From: Tubulanus polymorphus
Lineage: Eukaryota > Animalia > Nemertea
Direction: 5' to 3'
DNA length: 64,000 nucleotides
Assembly (NCBI RefSeq): GCF_964204645.1
Contig: NC_134031.1
Location: 8,556,001-8,620,000, forward strand
Within the stretch, counting starts at the first letter, position 1; each line of letters starts with the position of its first letter. The notes beneath the pieces were generated by a model. It ran no database searches. It was not told the DNA's origin and was given only the letters and a program-made list of their open reading frames with translations. Made by a program: the position numbers and the translations under genes. Below, in pieces: positions 50,901 through 62,317 of this stretch.

Positions 50901-53028
50901 CAAGAAACTTACCTTATTGCCCAGAACATTTAACTGTAGATGATAGTTATTTAAGTGAATACCAGAAGAAAATAAAACCGAAAGATCATGTTTTTACAGA
51001 AAAATTAATACTTACTCAAAATAATAAATACAATTATATTGTTCATTATAGAATGTTAAAATTTTATCTAAAACAAGGAATGAAATTAAAGAAAGTACAT
51101 AGATATATTGAATTTAATCAATCGAAGTGGTTAGAAAAATATATAGATTTCAATACTCAACAGAGAACCATATCAAAAACAGATTTTGAAAAAGATTTCT
51201 TCAAATTAATGAATAATAGTTTTTATGGTAAAACATGCGAAAATATTAGAAATAGAAATGATATTGCATTAGTAAATAATTCTGAAAGATTAAGACATTT
51301 ACAATCAAGTCCTAGACATTTAGGAAATAAAAGATTTGAAGATTATTTTACAGCAGTTAAATTAAAAAGAACGTCAATGAAATTAAATAAACCTATATTT
51401 ATTGGTTCAACTGTTTTAGAAGTATCAAAATTATTAATGTATGATTTTTATTATAATGTTTTACAACCACTTTTTGGGGAAAAGCATATTGAAATATTAT
51501 ATTTTGATTCTGTAACAGCTGACACACCAATATTATTAAAATGTAATGATAAAATATTGATAAGAAGAATTTCAGAAATAATTCCAAAACAAAATGAATG
51601 TTATATTTCATATGGTGAAAAAGAATTAATACAAATAAATGGATTAATGGATGTTTGGACAAGAAATGGATGGAAAAAATTAAAGAATATTATTAGGCAT
51701 AAAACAAATAAGAAAATCTATAGAGTTAGAACTAAATTAGGTTCGTTGATGTTACAGAAGATCATAGTTTAATTAAACGAAATGGCGATGAAATAAAACC
51801 AACTGATATAAAAATTGGAGATGAATTATTACATAAAAGATTTTTCTAAAGAATGAATCATATGTCATTTGATGAAATAATTGATAATATTTATAATACA
51901 GAACCCGAAACATTAGAAGAAAAAGAATATTTTATCAAAGGATTTTTCATGGGTGATGGTTCAGCAGGTGTGTATGATTATGTTAATCGCACTCAATATT
52001 GCTGGTATTTATGCAATCAAGATTTGAAATTATTAGAAAGAATAAAGAAATTCTGTGAAGAAGTTTATTCACATAAAACATTCAAAATCATAGATGTTAT
52101 GAAATCATCGCAATGTTATAGAATACATGTGAATAATCCTAAAGATTTTGCTATAAAATATAATGACGAATTCTATATTCATGCAATAGTGAAAAGTAAT
52201 ACTTCAACTAAAGAAAAGATAATTCCAGATTATGTATTAAATGTAAAAAATAATTTAAGAAAATGGTTCTTCATTGGATTCTACGCAGCAGATGGTACTA
52301 AAAGTTTCAAAAATCGCAAAACAATATCTTTAGCTCAAAAAGGAAAAGTTGCTATATCAGGATTGAATATATTATGCAATTCATCAGGTTTTAATATGAA
52401 TATTGGATTGATTAAATCTAAACCAAATTGCTTTAATTTAAGCCATGTAGAAAATGAGTTAACAGAAGAAGTTAAAGATTTATTTGAAATATATAACCCA
52501 AAAGATTATGTTTATGATTTATCAACTGAAGATCGTACATTTAACTGTGGATTTCCATTAATAGCCAAAAATACTGACGCCTACATACTAAAAATCAAGA
52601 CAAATGACATAACAAAAGACTTAAAAACATTAAAACATCATTTTGATTTTAGCAATTATCCCAAAGATCATGAACTATTTAGCAATGATAATAAAAAGAT
52701 TCCTGGTAAGTTTAAAGATGAATTAGGGGGTGATGAAATGAATGAATTTGTTGGGATAAGAAGTAAAATGTATAGTTACAGAACAAAAGATCATGAAGCT
52801 AAAAAGTTAAAAGGAATAACAAAACATGTGGTTGATAAACATATAGAATTTCAAGATTATATAAAGTGTTTATATAAATCAATTGTAATGAAACATAAAA
52901 TGAATTGTTTAAGATCAGAAGATCACGAGATGTACATTAATGAAGTTGAAAAAACTAGTTTGAATCCATTTGATGATAAAAGGCATATTTTAGATGATGG
53001 TATAAAAACATTACCTTATGGCCATTAA
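47974..53028 (+). pseudogene. Protein-primed family B DNA polymerase (N-terminal zinc fingers, terminal-protein region, EndoVII-like insert, exonuclease, palm) containing an intein; several frameshifts and stops
   Basis: YGDFES, VRDHDHL, FHNLSGYDTHLF, YLKSDV, YIDANNLYGWAM, KLMNNSFYGK and YFD|intein|TD across ORFs 47974, 48529, 49373 and 51853. Confidence 0.92.
51509..52572 (+). mobile_element. Intein with dual LAGLIDADG homing endonuclease in PolB motif C
   Basis: Starts SVTADTPILL; block [10 protein letters not shown]; endonuclease motifs FIKGFFMGDG and FFIGFYAADG; block F YVYDLST; ends LIAKN followed by Thr+1; one frameshift at ~51744 and one stop at 51847. Confidence 0.93.
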
Positions 53029-53810
53029 AACATAAAATCAATATCATCATACTCGAAATCACTATTGGCTTCTTCATTTTCATTTAATTGTTCTTGTATA
53101 ATTTGTTTAGGTTCTTCCATTTCATTTTTCTCATTTAAATATAGTTCTATCTTGCACCACATTTCATCTCGCTCTCTTTGTTTCCTTTTGTTTGTTAATT
53201 CATCAAATGGAATTATAATATCTATGTTTAAATAATTTACAATCTTATTTAAAAGGAATTCATAATTTATTGAATCTGTTATTCTATTTTCCAAATGATA
53301 CATTAATATTTGTTTGAATATTTTTTTTATATTTTCCATATCTTCTTCTGTTAATTTAGGTTTTTCATAATAATCGTTAAATAATGAATATAAATACATT
53401 TTCTTTTGTTTTGTGTTAAATGTTGACGGAATAATTGTTTTTATAATATCTTTTTTAGTTATTTCACCATTTTTATCTTCTATTATTTTCATTTTTTCAA
53501 GCCATTGCTTATATTCTGGTGTATGATCTTCTATAGAAAATATTTTAAAAATTTCATCTAGATAATTTAATTTTGGATCTATGAGAAAATTTCTAGTTTT
53601 TTCTTCACCCCATAAATTCTTTTGCCATCCACATTCATTACAAAATAACACAGTACCTTCTTGTCTTAAGGTCGCATAACTACATTGTGGACATTTTCGT
53701 TTATAATTTATTGGTAATAGATCTTCATTAAGCTCTTGGTATTTTCTTACGTTTTCTTTATGTTTTATTGTTCTATTATGTAGATTTGAATTACTTGTTG
53801 TAATAATCAA
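53025..53810 (-). CDS. VLTF3-like (poxvirus A2L family) late transcription factor homolog
   Basis: Zinc ribbon CPQC..CNECG plus C-terminal IKKIFKQI...SINYEFLLNKIV...RDEMWCKI, resembling VLTF3 family motifs; start codon uncertain. Confidence 0.6.
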   Translation of the reverse strand: MIITTSNSNLHNRTIKHKENVRKYQELNEDLLPINYKRKCPQCSYATLRQEGTVLFCNECGWQKNLWGEEKTRNFLIDPKLNYLDEIFKIFSIEDHTPEYKQWLEKMKIIEDKNGEITKKDIIKTIIPSTFNTKQKKMYLYSLFNDYYEKPKLTEEDMENIKKIFKQILMYHLENRITDSINYEFLLNKIVNYLNIDIIIPFDELTNKRKQRERDEMWCKIELYLNEKNEMEEPKQIIQEQLNENEEANSDFEYDDIDFMF

Positions 53811-53820
53811 TTTACAATAT

Positions 53821-54351
53821 TTACAATAATGTTTTTCTTGTTAATTCATTATATTGTTTTTCTAACTTTTCAACTGTTTCTTTATTATCTGGTAACGTTA
53901 TCTCATATTTTATTTTTTCTAATAAATTATTTTTTCTTTCATTGAATTCAGTTTCAAATTTATTAGAAATTTTATCTATATGTGCTTTACGAAATTGATG
54001 ATTCTCCCAATCTTCTATATTTTCAGGGCTATATTTCATTCGACAAGGCTCACAGAAATGATCTTTTATATTATCCTTATCATAGAGTAAGAAAGGTCTT
54101 TTCCAAATAATTTCAGGTTCAACTTCAACAGAATTACTATTACTTTCATAACTATCAACATTAGCTGTTGCGCCATTAATTTTACACTTCTCTGAATGTT
54201 TTTTAACATAATTTCTTGAGAATAATTTATTACATTTTGGACAGTTTAGTTTAGGGGGTTTATAATTTTCATCATGTTTTTTCATATGTCGAGCCATATT
54301 ACTTTTTCTTAGAAGTTCACCACAAATTTCACATGGTATCTTCTCATCCAT
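53821..54351 (-). CDS. C2H2-type zinc-finger protein
   Basis: CEICGELLRKSNMARHMKKH, CPKC..H...C, CEPC...H.....H. Confidence 0.75.
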   Translation of the reverse strand: MDEKIPCEICGELLRKSNMARHMKKHDENYKPPKLNCPKCNKLFSRNYVKKHSEKCKINGATANVDSYESNSNSVEVEPEIIWKRPFLLYDKDNIKDHFCEPCRMKYSPENIEDWENHQFRKAHIDKISNKFETEFNERKNNLLEKIKYEITLPDNKETVEKLEKQYNELTRKTLL

Positions 54352-54409
54352 TTATTAGGGAAAAAAATTACTTGTGGTGATGAGTGGTAATTTTTTTATG
54401 TTATAAATA

Positions 54410-55197
54410 ATGGTAGAATTAAAAGAATACAGAATATTTGTTGATTCTAGAAGACTTACAAATTATAAATCTCATAATTTATTAATACAATTAGATAGAG
54501 AATTTCAGAATTGTGTAGATTTGAAATTAGTAAATATAAGTTTATGTAACTCTTTTTACAATATATCAGATAAAACTGATGAACATAGAAGCCTTTTTAT
54601 TTTTGATAAACTTAAAAATAAACATTTTCAACTTATGATTACACCAGGATTATATAATTTAGAAACATTAGCGCAGGAAATTAATAGAGAAGCTCGGATT
54701 ATGTTAGGTAGTGATTCTAAATTTAATATTAAATTCATAAAACGTGAGAGCTCTAATAAAATTAAAGTAAAGTTTGATGATGAATATTATAAACCTCATT
54801 TATTTATGATAAGAAGACATGTTTACATGGTAAAAAAATCTTTTGCTAAACTGTTAGGAATTCCTCCAGATAAATTTATTGTTGGAAACATATACGGTAT
54901 ATCAAATTTAATACCTTTTACGCATTTTATATTTATTGCAATTTAATTGATCCTACAAAAACATTTGAAGCAACTAAATATATAACTTGTAATTCTAGTA
55001 TATTAAACATTTTACCATTGAAGAATGTTAAACAATTTGGAACGCAAATAAATTATAATTTAGCTGAATGTGATTTTAAACCTTGTATTTCACATTTCAA
55101 TAATTTTAAATTAGAAATAAGAAATCATAATGGTTATTTAATTGATTTGAATAATTTTCCTGTGATATATGAATTAGTTATAAGACATAGAGAGTAA
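54410..55197 (+). pseudogene. Minor capsid protein (penton), one frameshift near 54930
   Basis: NSFYNIS, ITPGLYNLETLAQEIN, FAKLLG; the next frame gives YCNLIDP...LEIRNHNGYLIDLNNFPVIYEL. Confidence 0.75.
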
Positions 55198-55213
55198 TTT
55201 TTTCATTATATAA

Positions 55214-55570
55214 ATGAATATAACTGTTGGACCGAGTATATGTTTTGGATTTGATTTTAAACGTGAGAAAGAAATGAAATTTAACATTAATGATGTAATT
55301 ACACAAATCAAAAATATTGCATTTTCTAATGAAACAACATTTAAGTATGAAAAAACAATAGATAAAGAAACTTTTAATGTAGAAAAGATTAATAATTTAA
55401 TTAGAGAATCTTTAAGATTTTATGAATTAGATGAAGATTTTATCATCGATGATATTAAAAAAATAATAATTGAAATATATACAAATGAAACTAGTAATGA
55501 AATAAATGTTGAATTAATCATCACTAAGATAACTAAATATTTTGAAGATAGTAATTTTTTTGATAAATAA
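55214..55570 (+). CDS. Polinton hypothetical protein
   Basis: Conserved with element 1; TAAATG start. Confidence 0.7.
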   Translation: MNITVGPSICFGFDFKREKEMKFNINDVITQIKNIAFSNETTFKYEKTIDKETFNVEKINNLIRESLRFYELDEDFIIDDIKKIIIEIYTNETSNEINVELIITKITKYFEDSNFFDK

Positions 55571-55801
55571 ATGAGTGATAATAAGTGGATAATAACTGGA
55601 TTATATAATGGAGCATTACTATCAGTTGGAACTGTTGGTTATTCAATGGTATTAAAAAAAGTATTTAAAATGGGAAGTGTTAATGTTGATAGATTTGATA
55701 TAAATGATATCTTAAAATTAACATTAGCAGTTACTTTATCTAATTTAACTATTGATTATTTAGAAAAACAAAAATATATTCCTCCCATAATAAATGCATA
55801 A
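55571..55801 (+). CDS. Small putative membrane protein
   Basis: Conserved with element 1; hydrophobic. Confidence 0.7.
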   Translation: MSDNKWIITGLYNGALLSVGTVGYSMVLKKVFKMGSVNVDRFDINDILKLTLAVTLSNLTIDYLEKQKYIPPIINA

Positions 55802-55817
55802 TTTTTTTGCTAAATAA

Positions 55818-56243
55818 ATGGCTTCTGCAATTATAACTATTAGAGGATCAGCAATTGTTAACGCTTTAGCATTTACTGGTGGAGGTTATTTATTTAAACA
55901 TATTGATAAAAATGGATCATTAACAGAACAAAAAAAAAAACATAACTTAGCATTAGAAAAATACAATAAAGCTGCAGAAGAATATAGAGAAAAGAGGCAG
56001 AACTATATGGATTACATCAACAAAGAATTATATGATCAGAAGATTTCACATAGAGATTTTCAATTAGTCGATGATGCAATGAGTTTATATAACGCGCTAA
56101 CCAATAAAGAAAAATTACATCTATACAAACCTAAATTATCAGATTATTATACCCCAAGTAAAGAACAACAGAAATATGAAATAATTTGGATTTTAGGTGG
56201 AACAGTTATTGTTATATTTGTAGCATATAAATTTACTAATTAG
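55818..56243 (+). CDS. Putative virion membrane protein
   Basis: Gly/Ala-rich hydrophobic N-terminus (IVNALAFTGGGYLF), helical core and C-terminal TM; conserved with element 1. Confidence 0.7.
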   Translation: MASAIITIRGSAIVNALAFTGGGYLFKHIDKNGSLTEQKKKHNLALEKYNKAAEEYREKRQNYMDYINKELYDQKISHRDFQLVDDAMSLYNALTNKEKLHLYKPKLSDYYTPSKEQQKYEIIWILGGTVIVIFVAYKFTN

Positions 56244-56262
56244 TAATTTTTTTTCTAAATAA

Positions 56263-57561
56263 ATGCAAGATAAAGTTGATAATATTGATATTATTCCTCA
56301 TGATATAAATAAAACTAAATTAAAAATATATTTAGAAAAACAAATATTAGAATTTGAAAGTGACTTAAAGATAAAAAAGAAAAAATATTTAAAAATAAAA
56401 ATTATATATTATCTCATTATTAGTGGTTCGGTTACAATTAGTTCTGTAATAACATTTCTAGCAATATTCAGTCCATTAACACCTTTAGCTATATCAATTG
56501 GTGTATTAGGATTAAGTTCAAGTGTTTTAACTGGTATAAGTTCAAAATTAAATATAAAAAGTAATAAAGAAAAAATTAAAACTAATATAAAAGAAATTAA
56601 TAAATTAAAGAATACACTAGATTATATAATAAGTTTAAAACAAAGAATTAATGAATTATTTGAAATAATCAAAAAGAAATCAGAAACAGAAACAACTTCT
56701 GAACAGAATATAAATTCCAAAACTAGTAAACTTAAATCAAATAAAGTTCCAATTGAAAAACTTTTACCGAATGGATTAATTGATGCAACAGATCAACAAT
56801 TAGAAGATTTAAATAATATATTTTCTGATAAAGCAATTAGAGAAATTATTAGTATAAGGCTTGCATCTGATAAAATTGCGCATGATAAAAGTATAAGAGA
56901 TTTAAAAATTAGAACTTTAGAAAAAGAATTAACTGATAAAAATAAAGAAATAGAACAATTAAAATTAGAAAGAGATATTAAAGTTATTGAAGAAATTGAA
57001 TTTAAAAAAAGAAATACATATTTAGAAAAAGAAATTGATGATTTAGAATATAACATAGAATTACAAAAAGAAGAAATTAAATTATCATTAAAATCATATG
57101 ATTGTAATATTAATAGATTAAAAGTTATTTTTAAAGATTTATTGATAAAACCAAATTCTGAAATATCATTGAAAGATAGAATAAAGTTATTATTTAAATT
57201 AGAAGGAATAACAATTCTTTCAATTCTAACAGCTGTAACTATGTTATTTACAACAATTGGTTTAGCAATATCAAATGCTTTAAAATCTACTCCTACTCCA
57301 AATAAACCAGATAAACCCCCAGGTAATAATTCTATACAAGATAAGGTTAAAGATGGTTTAAAGAAATTAGCAAAATATTTATGGGAACTATCTAAAAAAT
57401 CTGCTGCAGCTTTACCAGGAATTATTGCATCAATTGTTGGTTTTATATTGAAATCTGCTGGGAATATTCTTAACTTTGCTGCTGAACATATTATTTTATT
57501 TTTAATTACAGTTGTAAGTGCTATTATTTTTGGGTTAGTGAATATGATTAGAAATAAATAA
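56263..57561 (+). CDS. Chimeric TM/coiled-coil ORF produced by an internal deletion joining two genes
   Basis: First ~126 aa match element 1 24442-24808; the remainder matches element 1 from ~26745. Confidence 0.7.
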   Translation: MQDKVDNIDIIPHDINKTKLKIYLEKQILEFESDLKIKKKKYLKIKIIYYLIISGSVTISSVITFLAIFSPLTPLAISIGVLGLSSSVLTGISSKLNIKSNKEKIKTNIKEINKLKNTLDYIISLKQRINELFEIIKKKSETETTSEQNINSKTSKLKSNKVPIEKLLPNGLIDATDQQLEDLNNIFSDKAIREIISIRLASDKIAHDKSIRDLKIRTLEKELTDKNKEIEQLKLERDIKVIEEIEFKKRNTYLEKEIDDLEYNIELQKEEIKLSLKSYDCNINRLKVIFKDLLIKPNSEISLKDRIKLLFKLEGITILSILTAVTMLFTTIGLAISNALKSTPTPNKPDKPPGNNSIQDKVKDGLKKLAKYLWELSKKSAAALPGIIASIVGFILKSAGNILNFAAEHIILFLITVVSAIIFGLVNMIRNK

Positions 57562-57581
57562 TTAATTTTTTTGTTAAATAA

Positions 57582-58829
57582 ATGAGTGGGAGTTATATAA
57601 GTCCTTCTAAGATTTCTAGAATATCTAATGCTATTAAAGCAGAAAGATCACATCATATAATTACTCATAATCCTTCAAATATTAATCCTGATGAAACTTT
57701 ATATGTTAGAATTCCTCGATTAACACAAAATACTTTTTATGTTCCAAATAGTAGTTATTTATCAGCTGATATAAAAGTAACTGGTCATGATAATAATTAT
57801 GTTGTTGATAATTTTGGGAGATATTTGATTAAAAAATTTACTATAAAGATTGGACCAGAAACAGTTTTCTCATTAGATGATTATAATTTATTTATGCATT
57901 ATAAAGATTTATGGTTAACTAAAGAAAATAGAAATAATATGATATTTCAGGGTATTCAATCGGAAAACCAAAATAAATTAAGATCAGGAGCTAATGACGC
58001 AATAGTAACTCGTGCCACAGATAATTTGATTAAAAAGATTTATGGAAGCAAATATAAAATTCCATTAGACTTTGAATTGATAAATAATAATGCACCTTTA
58101 TATAAATACGCAATTCAAGAAGATATTATATTTGAGATAACATTTGCTCCTGTAAATGAAATTGTATTATCTAGCGTTGTTAAAGATATGGGTTATAAAT
58201 TATCGAATATATGTTTAGAATATGACACAGTAACTAATGAAAATATTGCTAGCACAATTCAAACTCAATACAATCAAGGATTTTCATTATTATATGATTA
58301 TATTGATAAATTTAAAACTGTAACTATTAATGCAAATGATGAAATAATTAATGAGAATATTTACTTCCCAAGAAGATCTATTAAAGGTATATTAATATTT
58401 TTTACCATTGCAACATATTCTAATGGCGCAATGAAGGTAGATAATTATTATAATCCTGAAATAACAAAAGTAGAAATAACTATCGAAGGAATAGCAAATA
58501 AAATATTTTGTCAAGGAATGAGAATGATAGATCAGTGGCCAGAAATAAGAAAACATTTCATGAATGAAAAAGTAAAATCATTTGAAAATTGTAATATTAA
58601 TCAAATTGATTATTATACCGGCAATAAATATGCATTATGGTTAGATTTTAGAACAACAGAGGATGATTGATTACATGGTTCTGGGAAAAAACTACAGAAC
58701 ACTAAAGATGGAATACAATTATTTATGAAAAAGAAAAAAGGAAGCTTAAATTTTAAAATGCACATTTATATTATATCTGACGCACAATTAAATATTGTAA
58801 ATTCACAATTAGATAGTATTCAATATTAG
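57582..58829 (+). pseudogene. Major capsid protein, single internal TGA at 58668-58670
   Basis: The frame continues after TGA (LHGSGKKLQNTKDGIQL...DAQLNIVNSQLDSIQY), matching element 1. Confidence 0.78.
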
Positions 58830-58859
58830 AAATATAAAGTTAAAATTGAGGATATATAA

Positions 58860-59987
58860 ATGGGTGGTAAAAAAACTCCTAATACTAAAGAACAATATTT
58901 AAGAAATTTATATTACAACCCTGAGAGTTCGGTTGCTTATTCTTCTACTAAAAATATATGGCGTCAAGTAAAACAAGATAAATTAGATAAGATAATCCCA
59001 CAAAATTTAGTTAAATATAAAGATATAAATCAATTTATGTTAGAACAACCAACATATACAACACATAGATAAATTGTTAGAAATTATAAAACTCGTAAAA
59101 CTATGGTAAGTTATGTAGATCAACAGTGGCAAGGAGATTTAATTGATATGAAAAATGTTAAGAAAGATAATAATGATTATTGGTGGTTATTGAATATAAT
59201 TGATATTTTTAGTCGTTATGTATGGAGTTTCCCACTTTATAGAAAAGATGCTGTACAAACATCAAATGTTTTAAGAAAATTTCTTTCGGATGATAAACTA
59301 AAACCAGAAAAAATACAATTTGATGATGGAAAAGAGTTTGATAATTCACTTGTTCATGAACTCTTAGATAATCATAATATTAAATATTTTTCAACAAAAT
59401 CGGATAAAAAAGCAGCAGTTGTTGAACGATTTAATAGAACATTAAGAACAAGAATGTGGAAATATTTTACCGCAAATAATACTTTTAAATGGATTGATGT
59501 TTTACCAAAATTGATAGAAGGATATAATAATTCTTATCATTCTTCTATTGGAATGAAACCTATTGATGCTAGAAAACCTGAAAATGCTGAAATTGTTTGG
59601 AATAATTTATATGGAGCATTTCTTGTAGATGATTTTGGTGAACCTAAATTTAAAGTTGGTCAAAATGTTAGAATTTCTAAGTATAAAAAGATATTTGACA
59701 AGGGATACGATCGAAATTTTACTAGAGAAATATATAAAATAAAAAAGGTAATAACAACAAAACCATATGTCTATAAATTAGAAGATTTAGATGGTGAAGA
59801 AGTTGATGGGTATTTTTATGAAGAAGAATTGAGTTTAACTACTGAAAATCTAGAACAAGAATATAAAATTGAAAAAGAATTAAAAACAAAAACTATTAAA
59901 AGAAAAAAATATTCTTTAGTAAAATGGATTGGATGGCCAGATAAATTCAATGAATGGATATTATCAAGTAAAATTAAAAATATATAA
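58860..59987 (+). pseudogene. rve integrase with chromodomain, single internal stop at 59070-59072
   Basis: WQGDLIDM, IDIFSRYVW, IQFDDGKEF, VERFNRTL (DDE); YKIEK...LVKWIGWPDKFNEWI chromodomain. Confidence 0.92.
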
Positions 59988-60596
59988 ATGAATAAGGAAT
60001 TATTCATATTTGAGCCTCATAATATGTTAATTTCTGGCGTAACAAATTGTGGAAAAACTTATTTTGTATCAAATTTATTAGAAACTGTTTATGAAAACTA
60101 TTTTGATAATATAGTATTATTTTGTCCAACATATGAATTTAATCAAACTTATGATAGAAATATTACTAGAAATAATAAATTTATTATATTAGATCCTAAA
60201 ACAGTAAAAGAAAATTTAGATAATTGTATTAAAATAGCAATAGATATTTATAAAGGATCAAATACATTATTCATTATAGATGATTGTGCAAATTTACATG
60301 ATTCAAAAATTGGAGAGAGTGAGTTATGTTATTTAGCTTTTTCTGGCAGACATTTTGGGATAATAACTTGGGTTTTAAATCAAAAATATAATTCAATTGT
60401 TAAAGACTTTAGAGAAAACATTAGATTTCTAGTTTTATTCTACAATAAAGATAGAAAATCGATGAAAAATGCACTTGAGGAAAATGATATAATTCCACAT
60501 GATTTACATAATGAATATATGGATAAGTTGAAAAATATTAAAAGATCAAAATTACTATTTAGATTACAACACCCATTTAAATATGAATTTATTTAA
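59988..60596 (+). CDS. A32/FtsK-like genome packaging ATPase
   Basis: Walker A GVTNCGKT, Walker B LFIIDD, GRHFGI..W.LNQ motif. Confidence 0.9.
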   Translation: MNKELFIFEPHNMLISGVTNCGKTYFVSNLLETVYENYFDNIVLFCPTYEFNQTYDRNITRNNKFIILDPKTVKENLDNCIKIAIDIYKGSNTLFIIDDCANLHDSKIGESELCYLAFSGRHFGIITWVLNQKYNSIVKDFRENIRFLVLFYNKDRKSMKNALEENDIIPHDLHNEYMDKLKNIKRSKLLFRLQHPFKYEFI

Positions 60597-60599
60597 ATT

Positions 60600-60870
60600 C
60601 AACTAGCTTGTTAATCTAGTTGAATTCTAGTTACATTCTAGTTGAATTCTAGTTATTGGTAGTTGGAACAAAAATCAACTAGATTTAACAATATTTTAAC
60701 TAGCTTGTTAATCTAGTTTAATTTTAGTTACATTCTAGTTGAATTCTAGTTGTTAGTAGTTGGAACAAAAATCAACTAGATTTAACAAGAAATAAACAAA
60801 AACAACAATATTTCAACTAGCTTGTTAATCTAGTTGAATTCTAGTTACATTCTAGTTGAATTCTAGTTAC
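60600..60870. repeat. Intergenic tandem repeat, ~97-bp unit x2.5 built from 11-bp CTAGTT subunits
   Basis: AACTAGCTTGTTAATCTAGTT begins at 60601, 60698 and 60815. Confidence 0.9.
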
Positions 60871-60900
60871 AACATCATAACTAATTTTTTTGTTATATAA

Positions 60901-61504
60901 ATGGTAGGTGAAAAGAAAATAAAATCTAAAAATGGTGATGTTCCAATTGAAAAAACTAGATGATTTAGGAATAACAGAAAACAAATTAATTCCAGATGAT
61001 GGTGTTTTAAATAATGTTTCAACAAATAATAATTATGAATAATATCTTTATTGTAAACATCAATTAGAAATATTAATAGCATCTGGAAAATGTAAAAATT
61101 TTGTCGGTAAAAATTTAACTTATAATGAATTAGATACAATGAAATCAGATGAAATTATTAGATTATTTAAGATTTATGAAACCGCGAGAACAGCTAGAAT
61201 TAATGACGCGATATCAGAAAATGTAGTAAAAGGTTATAGTAAATTATGTAATTATATGCTGCCAATTCAAGATGAAAATAGATTATATGCTGATTTAAAA
61301 AATGATTATTTAGTTATGACCGAATTAAATAAATGGATTGGATATTTATCATTTCAATTAAGTGGATTTATGACATTATTATCTACTGGAGTTATAACAT
61401 TTTCAAATATTGAAAGTAAAAATATTTCTATAATAAATGAGCGAGGTGGAAGAAGTGAAGGAATTAACTGTGAAGAAAAAACCGAGATCACAGAAACAAA
61501 TTGA
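60901..61504 (+). pseudogene. Hypothetical protein homologous to 35019-35621, frameshifted near the 5' end
   Basis: TAAATG at 60901; intact C-terminal 121 aa from 61139. Confidence 0.65.
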
Positions 61505-61805
61505 ATGGTCTCGGCAATTAGGAATTAAATCACAAGAATATAAAAAAGCTGTAAAAGAAAAAATAAGTAATAAAAATGTTAATAAAAATAGTGAAAATAT
61601 TGTTATTTCTACTCCTTCTAATAACAGAATATTTGATAAATGTCTATATTTTACAGTTGGATTTGTAATTGTATTCATTTTGATTGGGTGTAATTGGTAT
61701 AAGAAATCAAATAAAATTCATGATATTAATAATTCTGAAACAACTGCTATCAAAAATGAAAATAATTCTGAAATTCCAAAATTGACAATAAAAAAAATGG
61801 ATTAA
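61437..61805 (+). CDS. Hypothetical basic protein with a TM segment
   Basis: KKPRSQKQIEWSRQLG matches the element 1 remnant near 34950-35015 (KKPRSEKQIKWARELG). Confidence 0.65.
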   Translation: MSEVEEVKELTVKKKPRSQKQIEWSRQLGIKSQEYKKAVKEKISNKNVNKNSENIVISTPSNNRIFDKCLYFTVGFVIVFILIGCNWYKKSNKIHDINNSETTAIKNENNSEIPKLTIKKMD

Positions 61806-61992
61806 TATTTTAGAAAAAAAGCAAAAAAATAATTTTTTTAATTAATTGAATATTAATTGAATATCACCATGTGGGTGCCATACGGCACCATCTCACTTCT
61901 TTTGTCTATCTATGCGGAGCAATTAAATTGTCCAGATAAGTCATTTCGGATTCTAGATATTCATTATTTTTATTAATTTATTTTTTTTAAAT

Positions 61993-62317
61993 TTAATCAA
62001 CAATTTCTAAATCATGATGTCCATCTTCATTTTTTCCATGATAGATTATTTTAAATCCTTCTAAATCTTTTAATTCCTCTGTACTCAATGAAACCCATTT
62101 ATCAGGTAAAAATACTTTAAATTCTCGCGATGTACTAACATTACAGTAACTTAAATTCGCTGATATTTCCTCTATATTTAGTTTTTATCTTTTCTAATTT
62201 CAATATTTTATGTTCATTTTCTTTTGTAACATCAACTAACTTTTTTATTTCAAATTGTTTTTTTGCTGGTTTTATTCTGTTATTTATTGTTGCTAAGAAT
62301 GCTTTTCTATCTCCCAT
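61993..62317 (-). pseudogene. Homolog of 22261-22614, frameshifted
   Basis: Manual translation gives FKVFLPDKWVSLSTEELKDLEGFKIIYHGKNEDGHHDLEIVD. Confidence 0.6.

Noticed and set aside
51740-51852. Programmed frameshift/readthrough or a naturally split intein
   Set aside because: No clear slippery site, and similar lesions occur across the element, so decay or assembly error is more likely
51509-52572. Hedgehog-type Hint domain of host origin
   Set aside because: It has LAGLIDADG motifs, terminal Asn plus Thr+1, and sits in a polymerase active-site motif with an empty allele nearby
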